From an uncultured Thermoleophilia bacterium (GTDB taxonomy: Bacteria > Actinomycetota > Thermoleophilia > UBA2241), in contig CAVOGK010000040.1 in assembly GCA_963695395.1 (NCBI GenBank), positions 17,699-81,698 of the forward strand: a stretch of DNA of 64,000 bases, given 5' to 3'. The translations under genes were made by a program, and so were the position numbers. The notes under the pieces are model-generated. The model worked only from the letters and a program-made list of their open reading frames with translations. It ran no database searches and had not been told where the DNA came from. Shown in pieces: positions 44,152-54,099 of this stretch; position 1 is the stretch's first letter; each line of letters opens with the position of its first letter.

Positions 44152-45605
44152 TCCGGGGCCGCGGGTCCGTCGCCGGGCGCCGCGCCGGTCCGAGTCGCGA
44201 AGCGCTCCCGGGCAAGCGCGGCGAGGCGGTCCACGGCGGCGGCGAGGTCACCGCTCAGCGCTACGGGTTCGTTGTCGCAGAAGACCAGCTCGCGGCCGGC
44301 GGCGGCCGCGCCCTCGGCGACGACGTCGACGGCCGCGGCCTTGATCTCGGTGAGGAAGACGTCGGCCTCGGCGGCGGCGCGGTCGACCGCGGCCGCGAGA
44401 CGGCGACGGTCGGCGAGGTCGCACGAGACCAGGACGACCTCGGCGCCGTGGTCCTCCTCGAGCGACGCGGCGAGCTGCGCCGCCGCGCCCTCCGGCGCCG
44501 TCGTGAAGAAGGCCACGCGACGGCCACGGACGGGCTTGGACGGCCGGGGCCGGAACACCGTGGGGATCACCTCGATGCCGGGCCGCACGGCCTTCACCGC
44601 GGCGATGAGCGCCCCGACGTCCCCGGGCTCCGCGAACGGGAGCTCGCACTGCGTCAGCACCAGGATGTCGCTGAGCAGGAGCCGGTACGTCCCGAGGTAG
44701 CCGGCGACGTAGTCGACCGGCTGACCGGCACCGGCCACGCAGACCGTGGCGTCGGCCAGCACCGGCGGCACCACGGCCCCGCTGCCCTCGATCACGGCGA
44801 GCGCGGCGCCGCTCTCCTCGACCAGCGGGACCGCCTCGCGCACGTTGTCGTCGAAGGGGGCGCCGGCGAGCCCGCCGCCGCAGCGCCGGCACCCGATGGC
44901 GGTCACCCCCGCGAGCACCGCGTCCTCGTAGCAGTCGCTGGCGGCGTGCCGCCCGGCGCGGGAGGCGGCGAGCAGCTCGGCCGGGCCGAGCCCGTCGCCG
45001 CCGCGGATCAGCTCCGGCTCCGGCGGGCCGCCGCGACCCATCGCCACGATGACGACGCCGCCGTCCGTCCGCAGGGCGGCGTCGAGGCGGCGCGTGAGCC
45101 AGCCGCTCACGGCCGTCTTGCCGACACGCTTGCCGGTGCCGATCACGCCGAGCGAGGGCACGGCGGCCAGACGCGCGAAGGCTTGCGGCCGCACGTCGGT
45201 GTCGGCGGCCACGTAGCCGGCGCCCTCGGCCAGCGCCGCGCTCATGAGCAGAAAGCGCTCGCGGTAGCCGACGACCGGCTCGTCCGAGAGGTCGATGAGG
45301 ACCTCGGCGCGCGCCGCGCGCAGCGCGGCGCGCACGCCTTCGAGGACCTCATGCGCGGACGCCGATCGCGGCTCGACGGCATGGAGTCGCGGGAGCCCTA
45401 CCTCGGCGGCCAAGGCGGCCAGACCGGCGGCGGACCCGCCGCGGTCGGACGCGGCGTCGGGCGCGAAGCCCGGCGCAGCCGCGTCGCCCACGCGCAGCTT
45501 CTCGCGCCCGCCCGCGAAGATTCCTGCCCGCACGTCGTACGCACCACCGAGCCCCGCGACCGCGGCGGCGACCACGGGCGGGTAGTGCTCGCCGTCGATG
45601 AGCAC
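44148..45605 (-). CDS. cpgS: Cyclic 2,3-diphosphoglycerate synthetase-like protein
   Basis: N-terminal LIDGEHYPPVV, P-loop GVIGTGKRVGKTAVS, ~485 aa. Family recalled from the Methanothermus/Methanopyrus enzymes. The start (GTG 45605) is approximate; the ORF-track N-terminus overlaps the upstream gene. Confidence 0.72.
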   Translation of the reverse strand: MLIDGEHYPPVVAAAVAGLGGAYDVRAGIFAGGREKLRVGDAAAPGFAPDAASDRGGSAAGLAALAAEVGLPRLHAVEPRSASAHEVLEGVRAALRAARAEVLIDLSDEPVVGYRERFLLMSAALAEGAGYVAADTDVRPQAFARLAAVPSLGVIGTGKRVGKTAVSGWLTRRLDAALRTDGGVVIVAMGRGGPPEPELIRGGDGLGPAELLAASRAGRHAASDCYEDAVLAGVTAIGCRRCGGGLAGAPFDDNVREAVPLVEESGAALAVIEGSGAVVPPVLADATVCVAGAGQPVDYVAGYLGTYRLLLSDILVLTQCELPFAEPGDVGALIAAVKAVRPGIEVIPTVFRPRPSKPVRGRRVAFFTTAPEGAAAQLAASLEEDHGAEVVLVSCDLADRRRLAAAVDRAAAEADVFLTEIKAAAVDVVAEGAAAAGRELVFCDNEPVALSGDLAAAVDRLAALARERFATRTGAAPGDGPAAPE

Positions 45606-45628
45606 GACGGCGCGTGGCAGGCGGGCGC

Positions 45629-46411
45629 CTATCGACTCTCTCCCTGAGGAACAGGGCAGATGTACTTGTCGAAGGACGCCGTCGAGGGAACGAAGTCGAG
45701 AAGCGTCTCCTCGCCGTGGAAGGGGTACTTGCGGGCCACCTGCACGCGGTCGTCCTCGATGCGGATGAGGTTGTAGCACGCCTTGGTGTAGCCCCGCAGG
45801 CGCAGTGAGCTGCAGGTCCCGGCGTTGACCACGAACAGGTGCTCAAGTCGCCAGGCGTACGGGACGTGCTTGTGCCCGGACAGCACGAGATTGACGCCGC
45901 ACTCCTGCAGGACCTCGAGCAGGTCGCCCGCATCGTAGACGATGTTGCGCTCGCGGCCCGTGCCGGGGACGGGGAGCAGATGGTGGTGGAGCATGAAGAC
46001 GCGGAAGGCGGCAGGGCGCGAATACTCCTCGCGCAGCCAGTCGTACTGCGCTCGGCCGATCTGCCCGTGGTCCAGGTCCGGCTCGGTCGAGTCGACGGCG
46101 ACGATGACGACGTCGTCCAGTTGCAGCGTCTGCCAGCGCGGGCCGATGAGCTCCTCGAAGTGCACGTACCCGACGTTGCGCGCGTCGTGGTTGCCGGGGA
46201 TGACGACCATCGGCGCCTGGATGCGCGCGAGGTGTTCCTTCGCCGTCACGTAGTCCTGGCGGAAGCCCATCTCGGTGAGGTCGCCGGTGCAGAGGACCAC
46301 GTCCGGCTCGAGCTCGTTGAGCTCTACGACGACGCGGTCCATCAGGCTCGGGACGAAATAGGGGGAGCCGGCGTGGATATCGCTGATGTGGGCGATGGTG
46401 AGCTCGGTCAT
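45629..46411 (-). CDS. Calcineurin-like metallophosphoesterase
   Basis: 260 aa. ISDIHAG, CTGDLTE, IPGNHD, MLHHH, SGHKH motif series. Confidence 0.82.
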   Translation of the reverse strand: MTELTIAHISDIHAGSPYFVPSLMDRVVVELNELEPDVVLCTGDLTEMGFRQDYVTAKEHLARIQAPMVVIPGNHDARNVGYVHFEELIGPRWQTLQLDDVVIVAVDSTEPDLDHGQIGRAQYDWLREEYSRPAAFRVFMLHHHLLPVPGTGRERNIVYDAGDLLEVLQECGVNLVLSGHKHVPYAWRLEHLFVVNAGTCSSLRLRGYTKACYNLIRIEDDRVQVARKYPFHGEETLLDFVPSTASFDKYICPVPQGESR

Positions 46412-46443
46412 CGTGCACGTCCCCCCGGTCGCTCAGGTGCGTG

Positions 46444-48664
46444 TCACTCTACCACCACGATACGGCCGGGACCCTGCTTGTCGAGCACCGAGAAGCTGGT
46501 CTGCGCGCCCTCGCGACGGAAGCGCAGGCGCATGGACGTGCGGCCGACCCGCAGATTGCTGAGCGTCACCTCTCCGAGCCAACGGGGCAGTACCGGATTG
46601 TGCACGTAGACGATGTTCTCCTCGGCCTGCGCATAGATCCCCAGCATCGATTGCAGGACCAGGAAGAGCGCCGCGGACGAGTTGGCGTCGGGCGAACAGG
46701 CCATGGGAAACGAGACCGGCCGGTCAGTCGACTGCCGCGTGAAGCCGCAGAAGGTCTCCGGCAGGCGCGCGTACTCGTGCGCGGTCGCCGCTTCGACGAG
46801 ACCCCACGCCAGGCGATTCGCCTCCTGCGCGTAGCCGTGCTTCATCAGGCCGTTGGCGATGAGAGCCGTGTCGAACGGCCACACGCTGCCGTTGTAGAAG
46901 CTCACGGGGTTGTAGGAGGCCGCTTGCTTGCTCAGCGTGCGCACGCCCCAGCCGGTGAACAGGTCCGGCGCCATGAGGCGCTCCACGACGGCGGGCACGT
47001 GCTCTTGGGCGACGATGCGCGACCAGAGGGCGTGACCGATCGTCGACGAGACAGGACGAACCTGACGCTTGTCGCGGTCGAGCGCCATCGCGTAGAACCC
47101 CTCGTCCTCCATCCAGAAACGCTCGTTGAACGCGGTCTTGAGGCGGGTCGCGTCTTGCGACAGCCGCTCCGCGCGCTCCACGTCGCCGAGCTGCCCGTAG
47201 ACCGCGGCGAGCCGGCGTTTGGCGTAGTACACGTAGCCCTGGGACTCGGCCAGCGCCACGGGACCCTCGACCGGCGTGCCGTCGGCGTGCTGGACGGCGT
47301 CGGTGGAGTCGCGCCACCCCTGGTTGCGGAGACCGACCCGGGAACGGCGTTCATACTCGACGAAGCCATCGCCGTCGGGATCGCCGGGACCGTCGACCCA
47401 GCGGAGGGCGGCGTCGACAGCCGAGGAGCGCAGCTCGAACGCATCCAGGTCGCCCGTCCACACCGCGAGCTCGGCGACCAGGAGCAGCCAGAGTGCCGTC
47501 GCGTCGATAGAGCCGAAGTACGGCGTGTGCGGTACAGCGCGCAGGCCGGCCAGCTCCCCACGCCGCAGCTCATGCATGATCTTGCCCGGCTCCTCCTCTC
47601 TGAACGCGTTGTCCTGCGTGCCCTGGCGGCGGGCGAGGAACGACGACCGCGGCCTGCGCCCAGCGGAGGTCCAGGAGCAGCGTCTCGAGACCGACGAAGG
47701 CCATCTCCCGGCCGAACGGCGCCACGAACCAGGGCACGCCGGCCAGCGGGACGCGCTCCCCGTCGACGACGGTCGAGAGCATGCGCAGGTCCTGCTGGCC
47801 GCGCCGCAGCGCACGATTGACCTGCTCGTTGTCGGTGAAGATGTCGGTGGCGCCGGACTCCCAGCGCTCGTGGTCGCGGCGAAGAGAGCCGAGGCGAGCG
47901 TTGAACTCGCCACCGATCTCACCCGGCGCCTCGGGGCCCACCACCTGCACGTCGTAGCGGATGACCGCGCGCTCACCGGGCGGGAGATGCAGGCGGAAGC
48001 GCGCCCGACCCTGCTTGATCGACTCCGGCCTGTCGTGGAACCGGATGATCGTCTGGCGGGCCACGTCGTCGAGGCCCAGATAGGACAGGGTGAGCGTCCC
48101 GTCGCTCACCTGTGGCGCGACGCGCGCGCCGCGCCGCCGGCGCCGGCTGCCGCGGACCTCGAACAGATCGGCGAAGTCGGCGTCGAAGTGCAGGTCGACG
48201 ACCAGGTCGACGTGCCGGTCGTGGTGGTTTCGCACCCGCAGCAGCTCGTAGAGGCGGTCGCCCACGAAGCGCGTGCGCCGCACGTGCACGCTCGCCTGCG
48301 GCAGCGTGCGCCCGTCCGCGGTGCGCGCCTCGAGGTTGGTCAGCTCGACCGTCGCGGCGTACCCGCGGTCGGCGCTGGCGCTGAGCAGCACCGGCTGACG
48401 GCCCGCGACGGTCAACTCATGCCGGCTCAGGTATCTCGTGTCGCGGTAGTACAGCCCGAGGGCCGAGTTCTCGACGCCGGGCACCTGGCCGAGCTCGTCG
48501 GAGTAGAGGAAGAGGTCGCCTTCCTTGACGGTGAGACGGGACGCGCGGCCTCCGCTCATCACGTAGCGTTCGGCACTCGTCGTGACGACGGGCTCACCCA
48601 CGGCGCGATCCCGTGCGGCGGACGGACGCTCTGGCTGTTCCTGAGACCCGCTCATCGCGGTCAC
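46444..48664 (-). CDS. Amylo-alpha-1,6-glucosidase / glycogen-debranching-type enzyme (GDE_N + GDE_C), one frame break as assembled
   Basis: N-terminal domain in ORF 47570-48664 (FLYSDELGQV...GLYYRDTRYLS...AGVPWFVAPFGR). Catalytic (alpha/alpha)6 domain in ORF 46444-47976 (EEPGKIMHELRRGE...NQGWRDS...GWGVRTLS...YNPVSFYNGSVWPFD). The span is 2221 nt, with the break at ~47638-47648. Confidence 0.8.
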
Positions 48665-48723
48665 GCCTCCCCGGCTCGTGCGTTGCCGGCGAGCGCCGGA
48701 GCGCCGACGCCGCCGGCGGATTC

Positions 48724-49911
48724 TTACCCCGTCGCCTCGAGGAACAGCCGCATGAGGGCCGGACCATCCGGGACGAAGAGACCGGTCGCGGCCGCCTGCG
48801 ACTCGCCGAAGGCCATCGCGCCGCCCCCGCCGGAGCCTGGCGCCGACTCGCTGATGACGAAGGGCACCGGGCCCGGGGCGTGCGTGCGCGTGCGCAACGG
48901 CGTGAGGTGGTCCGGGACGACCAGTACCGCCGGCCGCTCGTGTGCTTCGAGGATCGGCGCGAGCACCTCCGCGTCCACGCGCTCGATGGCTCTGACCTTC
49001 TCGCGCAGGTCGCCCATGTGCCCGGCCTCGTCTGGAGCCTCCACGTGCACCCAGACGAGGTCGTGATCGGCGAGCGCCGCCACCGCGGCGCGCGCCTTGG
49101 CGCCGTAGTCGGTGTCGAGGTCACCCGTCGCGCCGGGCACGTCGAGGACGTCAAAGCCGGCCAGGCCGCCGATCCCGCGCACGAGGTCCACGGCCCCGAC
49201 GACGGCTCCGCTGAGGCCGTACAGGTCCTTGAATCGCGGCATGGCCGGCGCCGTACCCTCGCCCCAGAACCACGCGCTCGTGCCGGGGCGGACGCGCGCC
49301 AGCACCGCGTCGGCACGCGCCTGGAGGTCGTTCAGGACGGCGGCCGGTGAGCCCGTCGCCACGATGCCGTCGGGGCTGGCGGCGACACCGGGCAGGTAGC
49401 CGGCGACCGGCTGATCGAGGATGTCGTGCGGCGGCGTGCAGGCCACGGTCTCGCCGCCACGCCAGACGAAGAGGTGCCGGTAGCTCACGCCCGTGTGGAA
49501 CTCGAAGGGCCCGCCGCCCAGTTCGGCCTCGAGGGCCTCCACGCAGCGGCGAGCCTCCTCGGTGCCCACGTGGCCGCCGGTGTGGTCCGTCATGATCCCG
49601 CCGGTCACGGTCACCAGGTTCAGCCGGTACGAGACGTCACCAGGCGCCAGCTCGACGCCGATGCTCGCCGCCTCGAGCGGGCTGCGACCGGAGAACACCA
49701 TGGTCGGGTCGTAGCCGAGGACGGCGAGGTTGGCGCAGTCGCTGCCCGGGGCCATGCCCTCGGGCACCGTGCGCACGAGCCCGACGACGCCGCCGCGGGC
49801 GAGGCCGTCCATGACGGGGGTCCGGGCCTCCTCGAGCGGCGTCCGGCCGCCCAGCGCAGCCTGCGGCTCGTCGGCCATGCCGTCGGGGACCAGAAGTACT
49901 CGCTTGCGCAT
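48724..49911 (-). CDS. apgM: Archaeal-type cofactor-independent phosphoglycerate mutase-like metalloenzyme
   Basis: Start at MRKRVLLVPDGMADEP. TPVMDGLA, PGSDCANLAVLGYDP, GRSPLEAASIGV, VHVEAPDEAGH. The exact substrate is ambiguous (see findings). Confidence 0.8.
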   Translation of the reverse strand: MRKRVLLVPDGMADEPQAALGGRTPLEEARTPVMDGLARGGVVGLVRTVPEGMAPGSDCANLAVLGYDPTMVFSGRSPLEAASIGVELAPGDVSYRLNLVTVTGGIMTDHTGGHVGTEEARRCVEALEAELGGGPFEFHTGVSYRHLFVWRGGETVACTPPHDILDQPVAGYLPGVAASPDGIVATGSPAAVLNDLQARADAVLARVRPGTSAWFWGEGTAPAMPRFKDLYGLSGAVVGAVDLVRGIGGLAGFDVLDVPGATGDLDTDYGAKARAAVAALADHDLVWVHVEAPDEAGHMGDLREKVRAIERVDAEVLAPILEAHERPAVLVVPDHLTPLRTRTHAPGPVPFVISESAPGSGGGGAMAFGESQAAATGLFVPDGPALMRLFLEATG

Positions 49912-49960
49912 CAGACCCTCCTCCCGGGCGGGCATGCACACCCGGCTTGCGGGCGGTCGC

Positions 49961-51163
49961 TCATCCGGCGCCGCCCAGCACCATCAGGGGCAGACCGGCG
50001 AGACCGTCGTACTTGGGCCGGTAGCGCTCGGTGTCGTAGCAGCGCGCGACGTCGACGACCTTCTTGGTGGCGACGACCTCGTCGATCGGCACCGAGCCGT
50101 AGCTGCCGTCACGCAGCGCGACCATGCGACCGGTCTCGCCCTTCAGGATCATGTCCACGGCGAGGTTGCCGTAGGCGGTCGGCACGATGCAGTCGATCGC
50201 GTCCGGGGCGCCGCTGCGCACGAGGTACCCGAGGTTCATGCTGATCATGTCGATCTTCTTGCCGCCGTTGAACTGCGGCGCGAGCTCCTTGACGCGGGCG
50301 CTCACGCGCTGGCCGATGCCGCCGAGCTTGGCGTGGCCGTACTGGTCCTTCTCCCCGCCCATGAACACCATCTCGCCGCCGGCCGGCATGGCGCCCTCGC
50401 TGACGATGCAGACCGAGTAGCCCTCCGGACGGCCGTTGCGGTCGGCGACCAGGAGCTCGGTGAGCTTCTCGACGTCGAACTCGTGCTCCGGGATCAGGCA
50501 GCGGTCGGCTGCGCCGGCGAACGTCGGCAACAGCGCCGTGAAGCCGGCGTAGCGGCCGAAGACCTCGAGCACGACGATGCGCTCGTGCGAGCCGGCGGAG
50601 CTGGTCACCTGGCGAGCCATCTCGATGGTCCGGTTGACGCAGGTCCCGAAGCCCATGCAGTAGTCGGTGCCGGGCACGTCGTTGTCCATCGTCTTGGGGA
50701 TGGCGACCACGGGGAAGCCCCGGCGGCCGAGTTCGACGCCGTAGCTCAGCGTGTCGTCGCCGCCGGCCGGCACCAGGTAGTCGATGCCGAGATATTCGAG
50801 GTTGGCGACGACCTCGTCGGTCAGGTCGTTCTTCTCCGCCGTGTACTTGTCCTTGAGGTGCGCGGGCACGTCCTTTGCCGGCACCGCGCTCGGGCGCGTG
50901 CGCGACGAGTGCAGGAACGTGCCGCCGGAGTACGCGTACCGCTCCACCAGCTCGCGCGTCAGCGGCAGCACCCACTCGCTGTTGTCGGCGCCGTCTTCGC
51001 GCTTCAGCTCGACGAGCCCGGCCCAGCCACGGCGGATGCCGACGACCTCGAACCCCTCGCTCAGGGCGCGCAGCGTGACGCCGCGGATCGCCTGGTTGAG
51101 CCCGGGGATGTCGCCGCCACCGGTGAGGATGCCGATACGGCCCTTGGTGCTCGCGCTCATCAT
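49961..51163 (-). CDS. pfp: 6-phosphofructokinase, PPi-dependent-type signature
   Basis: GGAG RBS plus ATGATG at 51163. GILTGGGDIPGLN, PAGGDDTLSYG (Asp where ATP-PFKs have Gly) and IPKTMDND (Lys where ATP-PFKs have Gly). Confidence 0.83.
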   Translation of the reverse strand: MMSASTKGRIGILTGGGDIPGLNQAIRGVTLRALSEGFEVVGIRRGWAGLVELKREDGADNSEWVLPLTRELVERYAYSGGTFLHSSRTRPSAVPAKDVPAHLKDKYTAEKNDLTDEVVANLEYLGIDYLVPAGGDDTLSYGVELGRRGFPVVAIPKTMDNDVPGTDYCMGFGTCVNRTIEMARQVTSSAGSHERIVVLEVFGRYAGFTALLPTFAGAADRCLIPEHEFDVEKLTELLVADRNGRPEGYSVCIVSEGAMPAGGEMVFMGGEKDQYGHAKLGGIGQRVSARVKELAPQFNGGKKIDMISMNLGYLVRSGAPDAIDCIVPTAYGNLAVDMILKGETGRMVALRDGSYGSVPIDEVVATKKVVDVARCYDTERYRPKYDGLAGLPLMVLGGAG

Positions 51164-51239
51164 GTCTCCTCTTCTCTGGGCGCCGCGGAGCGGTGATCCT
51201 CCGCTGCCCCGCTCGATAGCTTGCTTGCGACGGCTGTTC

Positions 51240-52517
51240 TCAGGAGTCTCCCTCGACGCGGATGACGGCAGGGTCACCGTGCACGTCGGGCAGCGCGCCG
51301 ATCTGGTCGAGGGCGGCGAAGAACTGCGCCTCGCGGACGGGGTGGAGCAGCAGGACGAGCTCGGCTTCGTCGCCGCCGCCCTCCTGGACCATCGAATGGA
51401 TGCTGACGCCGTGGTCGCCGAACAGCGCGCTCACCTTGGCGAGCACGCCCGGCTGATCATTCACCCTCAACCTGAGGTAGAACCGCGAGACCATGTCGGC
51501 GTCGGGGAACAGCGGGACGTCCTTGTAGCAGAGGCAGTTCTGCACGAAGCTGCCCTTCACTGTGTTGACCACCGAGATGACGTCCCCGATGACCGCGGAC
51601 GCCGTCGGGACACTGCCGGCGCCGGGGCCGAAGAGCATGATCTCGTCGAAGGCGTCGCTCTTCAGGAACACGGCGTTGTAGGCGCCGGCGACGCCGGCCA
51701 GCGGGTGCGCCTTGGGGAGGAACGCGGGGTACACGCGCACGTTCATGCGCCCGTCGATGAGCTTGGCGACGCCGAGGAGCTTCGCGGCCAGACCCAGCCG
51801 GGCGCCGTGGGCGATGTCGGCCGGCGTGACCTTGGTGATGCCCTCGTACGGCACGTCGTCCAGGCCGGTGCGGCTGTGGAAGGCGATGGAGCTGAGGATC
51901 GCCATCTTGGCGGCTGCGTCCTTGCCGCCCACGTCCTCGGTGGGGTCGGCCTCGGCGTACCCGAGGCGCTGGGCGTCCTTGAGCACGTCGTCGTAGCCGG
52001 CGCCCGACTCGGCCATCGCGCTCAGCATGTAGTTGGTCGTACCGTTGACGATGCCGAAGACCGTGTTGACCTCGGCGGCGACCAGCGACTCGCGCAGGAC
52101 CTTGATGACGGGGACGGCGCCGACGGCGCTCGCCTCGAAGCGAAGGTGCACGCCGCTCTCCTCCGCGACGGCGAACAGCTCGGCGCCGTGCTGCGCGAGG
52201 AGCTGCTTGTTGGCCGTCACCACGTGCTTGCCGGCCTTGAGGGCGCGGAGCTGAAAGTCCAGCGCCGCGCCCACCCCGCCGATCAGCTCGATGACGATCT
52301 GGATCTCGGGATCCTCGAGGATGTCCTCGAACCGCGTCGTGACGAGCGCCGGGGCGAGGTCCGGATGACTGAAGGAGGGATCCTTCTCGAGGACCCGCCT
52401 CAGGACGACCTCCTTGCCGGTGGCGAGCGTGATGTCGTCGGCGTTCTTCTCGAGCAGCTTGCCCACGCCGGATCCGACGGTGCCGTACCCAAGGAGTCCG
52501 ATGCCTATCGTGTCCAC
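51240..52517 (-). CDS. hom: Homoserine dehydrogenase with C-terminal ACT domain
   Basis: 425 aa. GLLGYGTVGSGV, VVTANK, EASAVGAVPVI, NGTTNYML, and the ACT-like FYLRLRVNDQPGVLAKV. Confidence 0.9.
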   Translation of the reverse strand: MDTIGIGLLGYGTVGSGVGKLLEKNADDITLATGKEVVLRRVLEKDPSFSHPDLAPALVTTRFEDILEDPEIQIVIELIGGVGAALDFQLRALKAGKHVVTANKQLLAQHGAELFAVAEESGVHLRFEASAVGAVPVIKVLRESLVAAEVNTVFGIVNGTTNYMLSAMAESGAGYDDVLKDAQRLGYAEADPTEDVGGKDAAAKMAILSSIAFHSRTGLDDVPYEGITKVTPADIAHGARLGLAAKLLGVAKLIDGRMNVRVYPAFLPKAHPLAGVAGAYNAVFLKSDAFDEIMLFGPGAGSVPTASAVIGDVISVVNTVKGSFVQNCLCYKDVPLFPDADMVSRFYLRLRVNDQPGVLAKVSALFGDHGVSIHSMVQEGGGDEAELVLLLHPVREAQFFAALDQIGALPDVHGDPAVIRVEGDS

Positions 52518-52545
52518 TGTCGTGCCCTCCGTCGTCGCGGGGTCG

Positions 52546-53865
52546 TCACTGGCCGAGCGGCCGCTGCAGACGCAGCACGTCGTCCCAGGTCTCTCGTTCG
52601 ATGATGACGCGCGCCCGGCCGTCGCCGACCATGACCACGGCCGGGCGCGGCTGCGCGTTGTAGTTGTTGGCCATCGCGTAGCCGTAGGCGCCGGTGCTCG
52701 GCGTCACGAGGATATCGCCGGGCTCAGGCGGCGCGACGTAGACGTCGCGCACGAGCACGTCGCCGGACTCGCAGTGCTTGCCGGCGACGGTGACGACATC
52801 TGTCGCCGGCACCTCCGCCTTGTTCGCCAGCATCGCCTCGTACTTCGAGTCGTAGAGCATCGGGCGCAGGTTGTCGCTCATCCCCCCGTCCACGGCCACA
52901 TAGGTGCGCACGCCGGGGATGACCTTGACCGTGCCGACGGTGTACGCGGTCACCGCCGCCTTGCCGGCGATGCTGCGTCCCGGCTCGACGAAGAGCTTGG
53001 GCATCTCCATGTCGTGCTTCTCGGCGCCGGCGCGCACCGCGTCGACCGCGATCTCGGCGAAGTCCGCGATCGAGCTGGGCTGGTCCGCCTCGGTGTAGCG
53101 GATGCCGAGGCCGCCGCCGATGTTGAAGATGCAGCAGGCAAAGCCAAAGTCGCGGCGCCACTCGTCGAGCGCGATGAACAGCACCTCGACCTCGCGGCGG
53201 TACGAGTCGAGCGCGAAGATCTGCGAGCCGATGTGCGCGTGGACGCCGACCAGCCGCAGGTGGGGCGCGTCCCTGAGGCGGCGCACGGCCTCCTGCGCCA
53301 GCCCGTCGGCCAGCCCGAAGCCGAACTTGCTGTCCTGCTGGCCGGTCTGGATGAAGTCGTGCGTGTTGGGGCGCACGCCCGGTGTGACGCGCACCAGCAC
53401 ATCCTGGACGCGGCCCCGCACTGCGGCCGCCGCCTCGAGCCGCTCGATCTCTTCGAAGGAGTCGACGACGAAGTGGCCGATGCCGGCGTCGAGGCCCGCC
53501 TCGATCTCGACCGCCGACTTGTTGTTGCCGTGGAAGTAGACGCGCTGCGGCGGGAACCCGGCGGCGCGGGCGGCCGCCAGCTCGCCGCCGGTGGCGACGT
53601 CGAGAGAGAGGTCCTCCTGCGCGACCAGCTCCGCCATCGCGCGGCAGCTGAACGCCTTGCTCGCGTAGACGATCTCGTAGAGGTCGGTACGCGCGCCGAA
53701 CGCCGCGTGGTAGGCGCGGCATTGGTCGCGCAGCGTCTGCTCGTCGTAGATGAAGAGCGGCGTGCCGAACTCGCGCGCCAGTTCGACGACGTCGCAGCCG
53801 CCGATCTCGAGGTGGCCGGCGGCGTTGTGCACGGTGGTGTGCGGGTAGATGAGCGTGTGCGTCAC
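52546..53865 (-). CDS. lysA: Diaminopimelate decarboxylase
   Basis: 439 aa. YASKAF (PLP Lys), HAHIGSQ, NIGGGLG, EPGRSI, CESGD. Confidence 0.92.
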   Translation of the reverse strand: MTHTLIYPHTTVHNAAGHLEIGGCDVVELAREFGTPLFIYDEQTLRDQCRAYHAAFGARTDLYEIVYASKAFSCRAMAELVAQEDLSLDVATGGELAAARAAGFPPQRVYFHGNNKSAVEIEAGLDAGIGHFVVDSFEEIERLEAAAAVRGRVQDVLVRVTPGVRPNTHDFIQTGQQDSKFGFGLADGLAQEAVRRLRDAPHLRLVGVHAHIGSQIFALDSYRREVEVLFIALDEWRRDFGFACCIFNIGGGLGIRYTEADQPSSIADFAEIAVDAVRAGAEKHDMEMPKLFVEPGRSIAGKAAVTAYTVGTVKVIPGVRTYVAVDGGMSDNLRPMLYDSKYEAMLANKAEVPATDVVTVAGKHCESGDVLVRDVYVAPPEPGDILVTPSTGAYGYAMANNYNAQPRPAVVMVGDGRARVIIERETWDDVLRLQRPLGQ

Positions 53866-54099
53866 GGCGGCAATCCTACCATCAGGATTCCTGTGCCCGG
53901 CGTGACGTCAGCCGTGCGTAGCCGGCCGGACTCCCCGCGGGGACACCGGACGCACATCGAGCGCGAGCAGACGCCGGCTGACACGGGAATCATCGGGCCG
54001 CGTCGCCGCGCTGACTCCCCTTCGCCCGGCGCTGCCCGTGGTCGCGACTCAGTTGCGGCGGGCGCACCGAAGTGCGACGGAGGGCCGCCGCCGCAGTCG

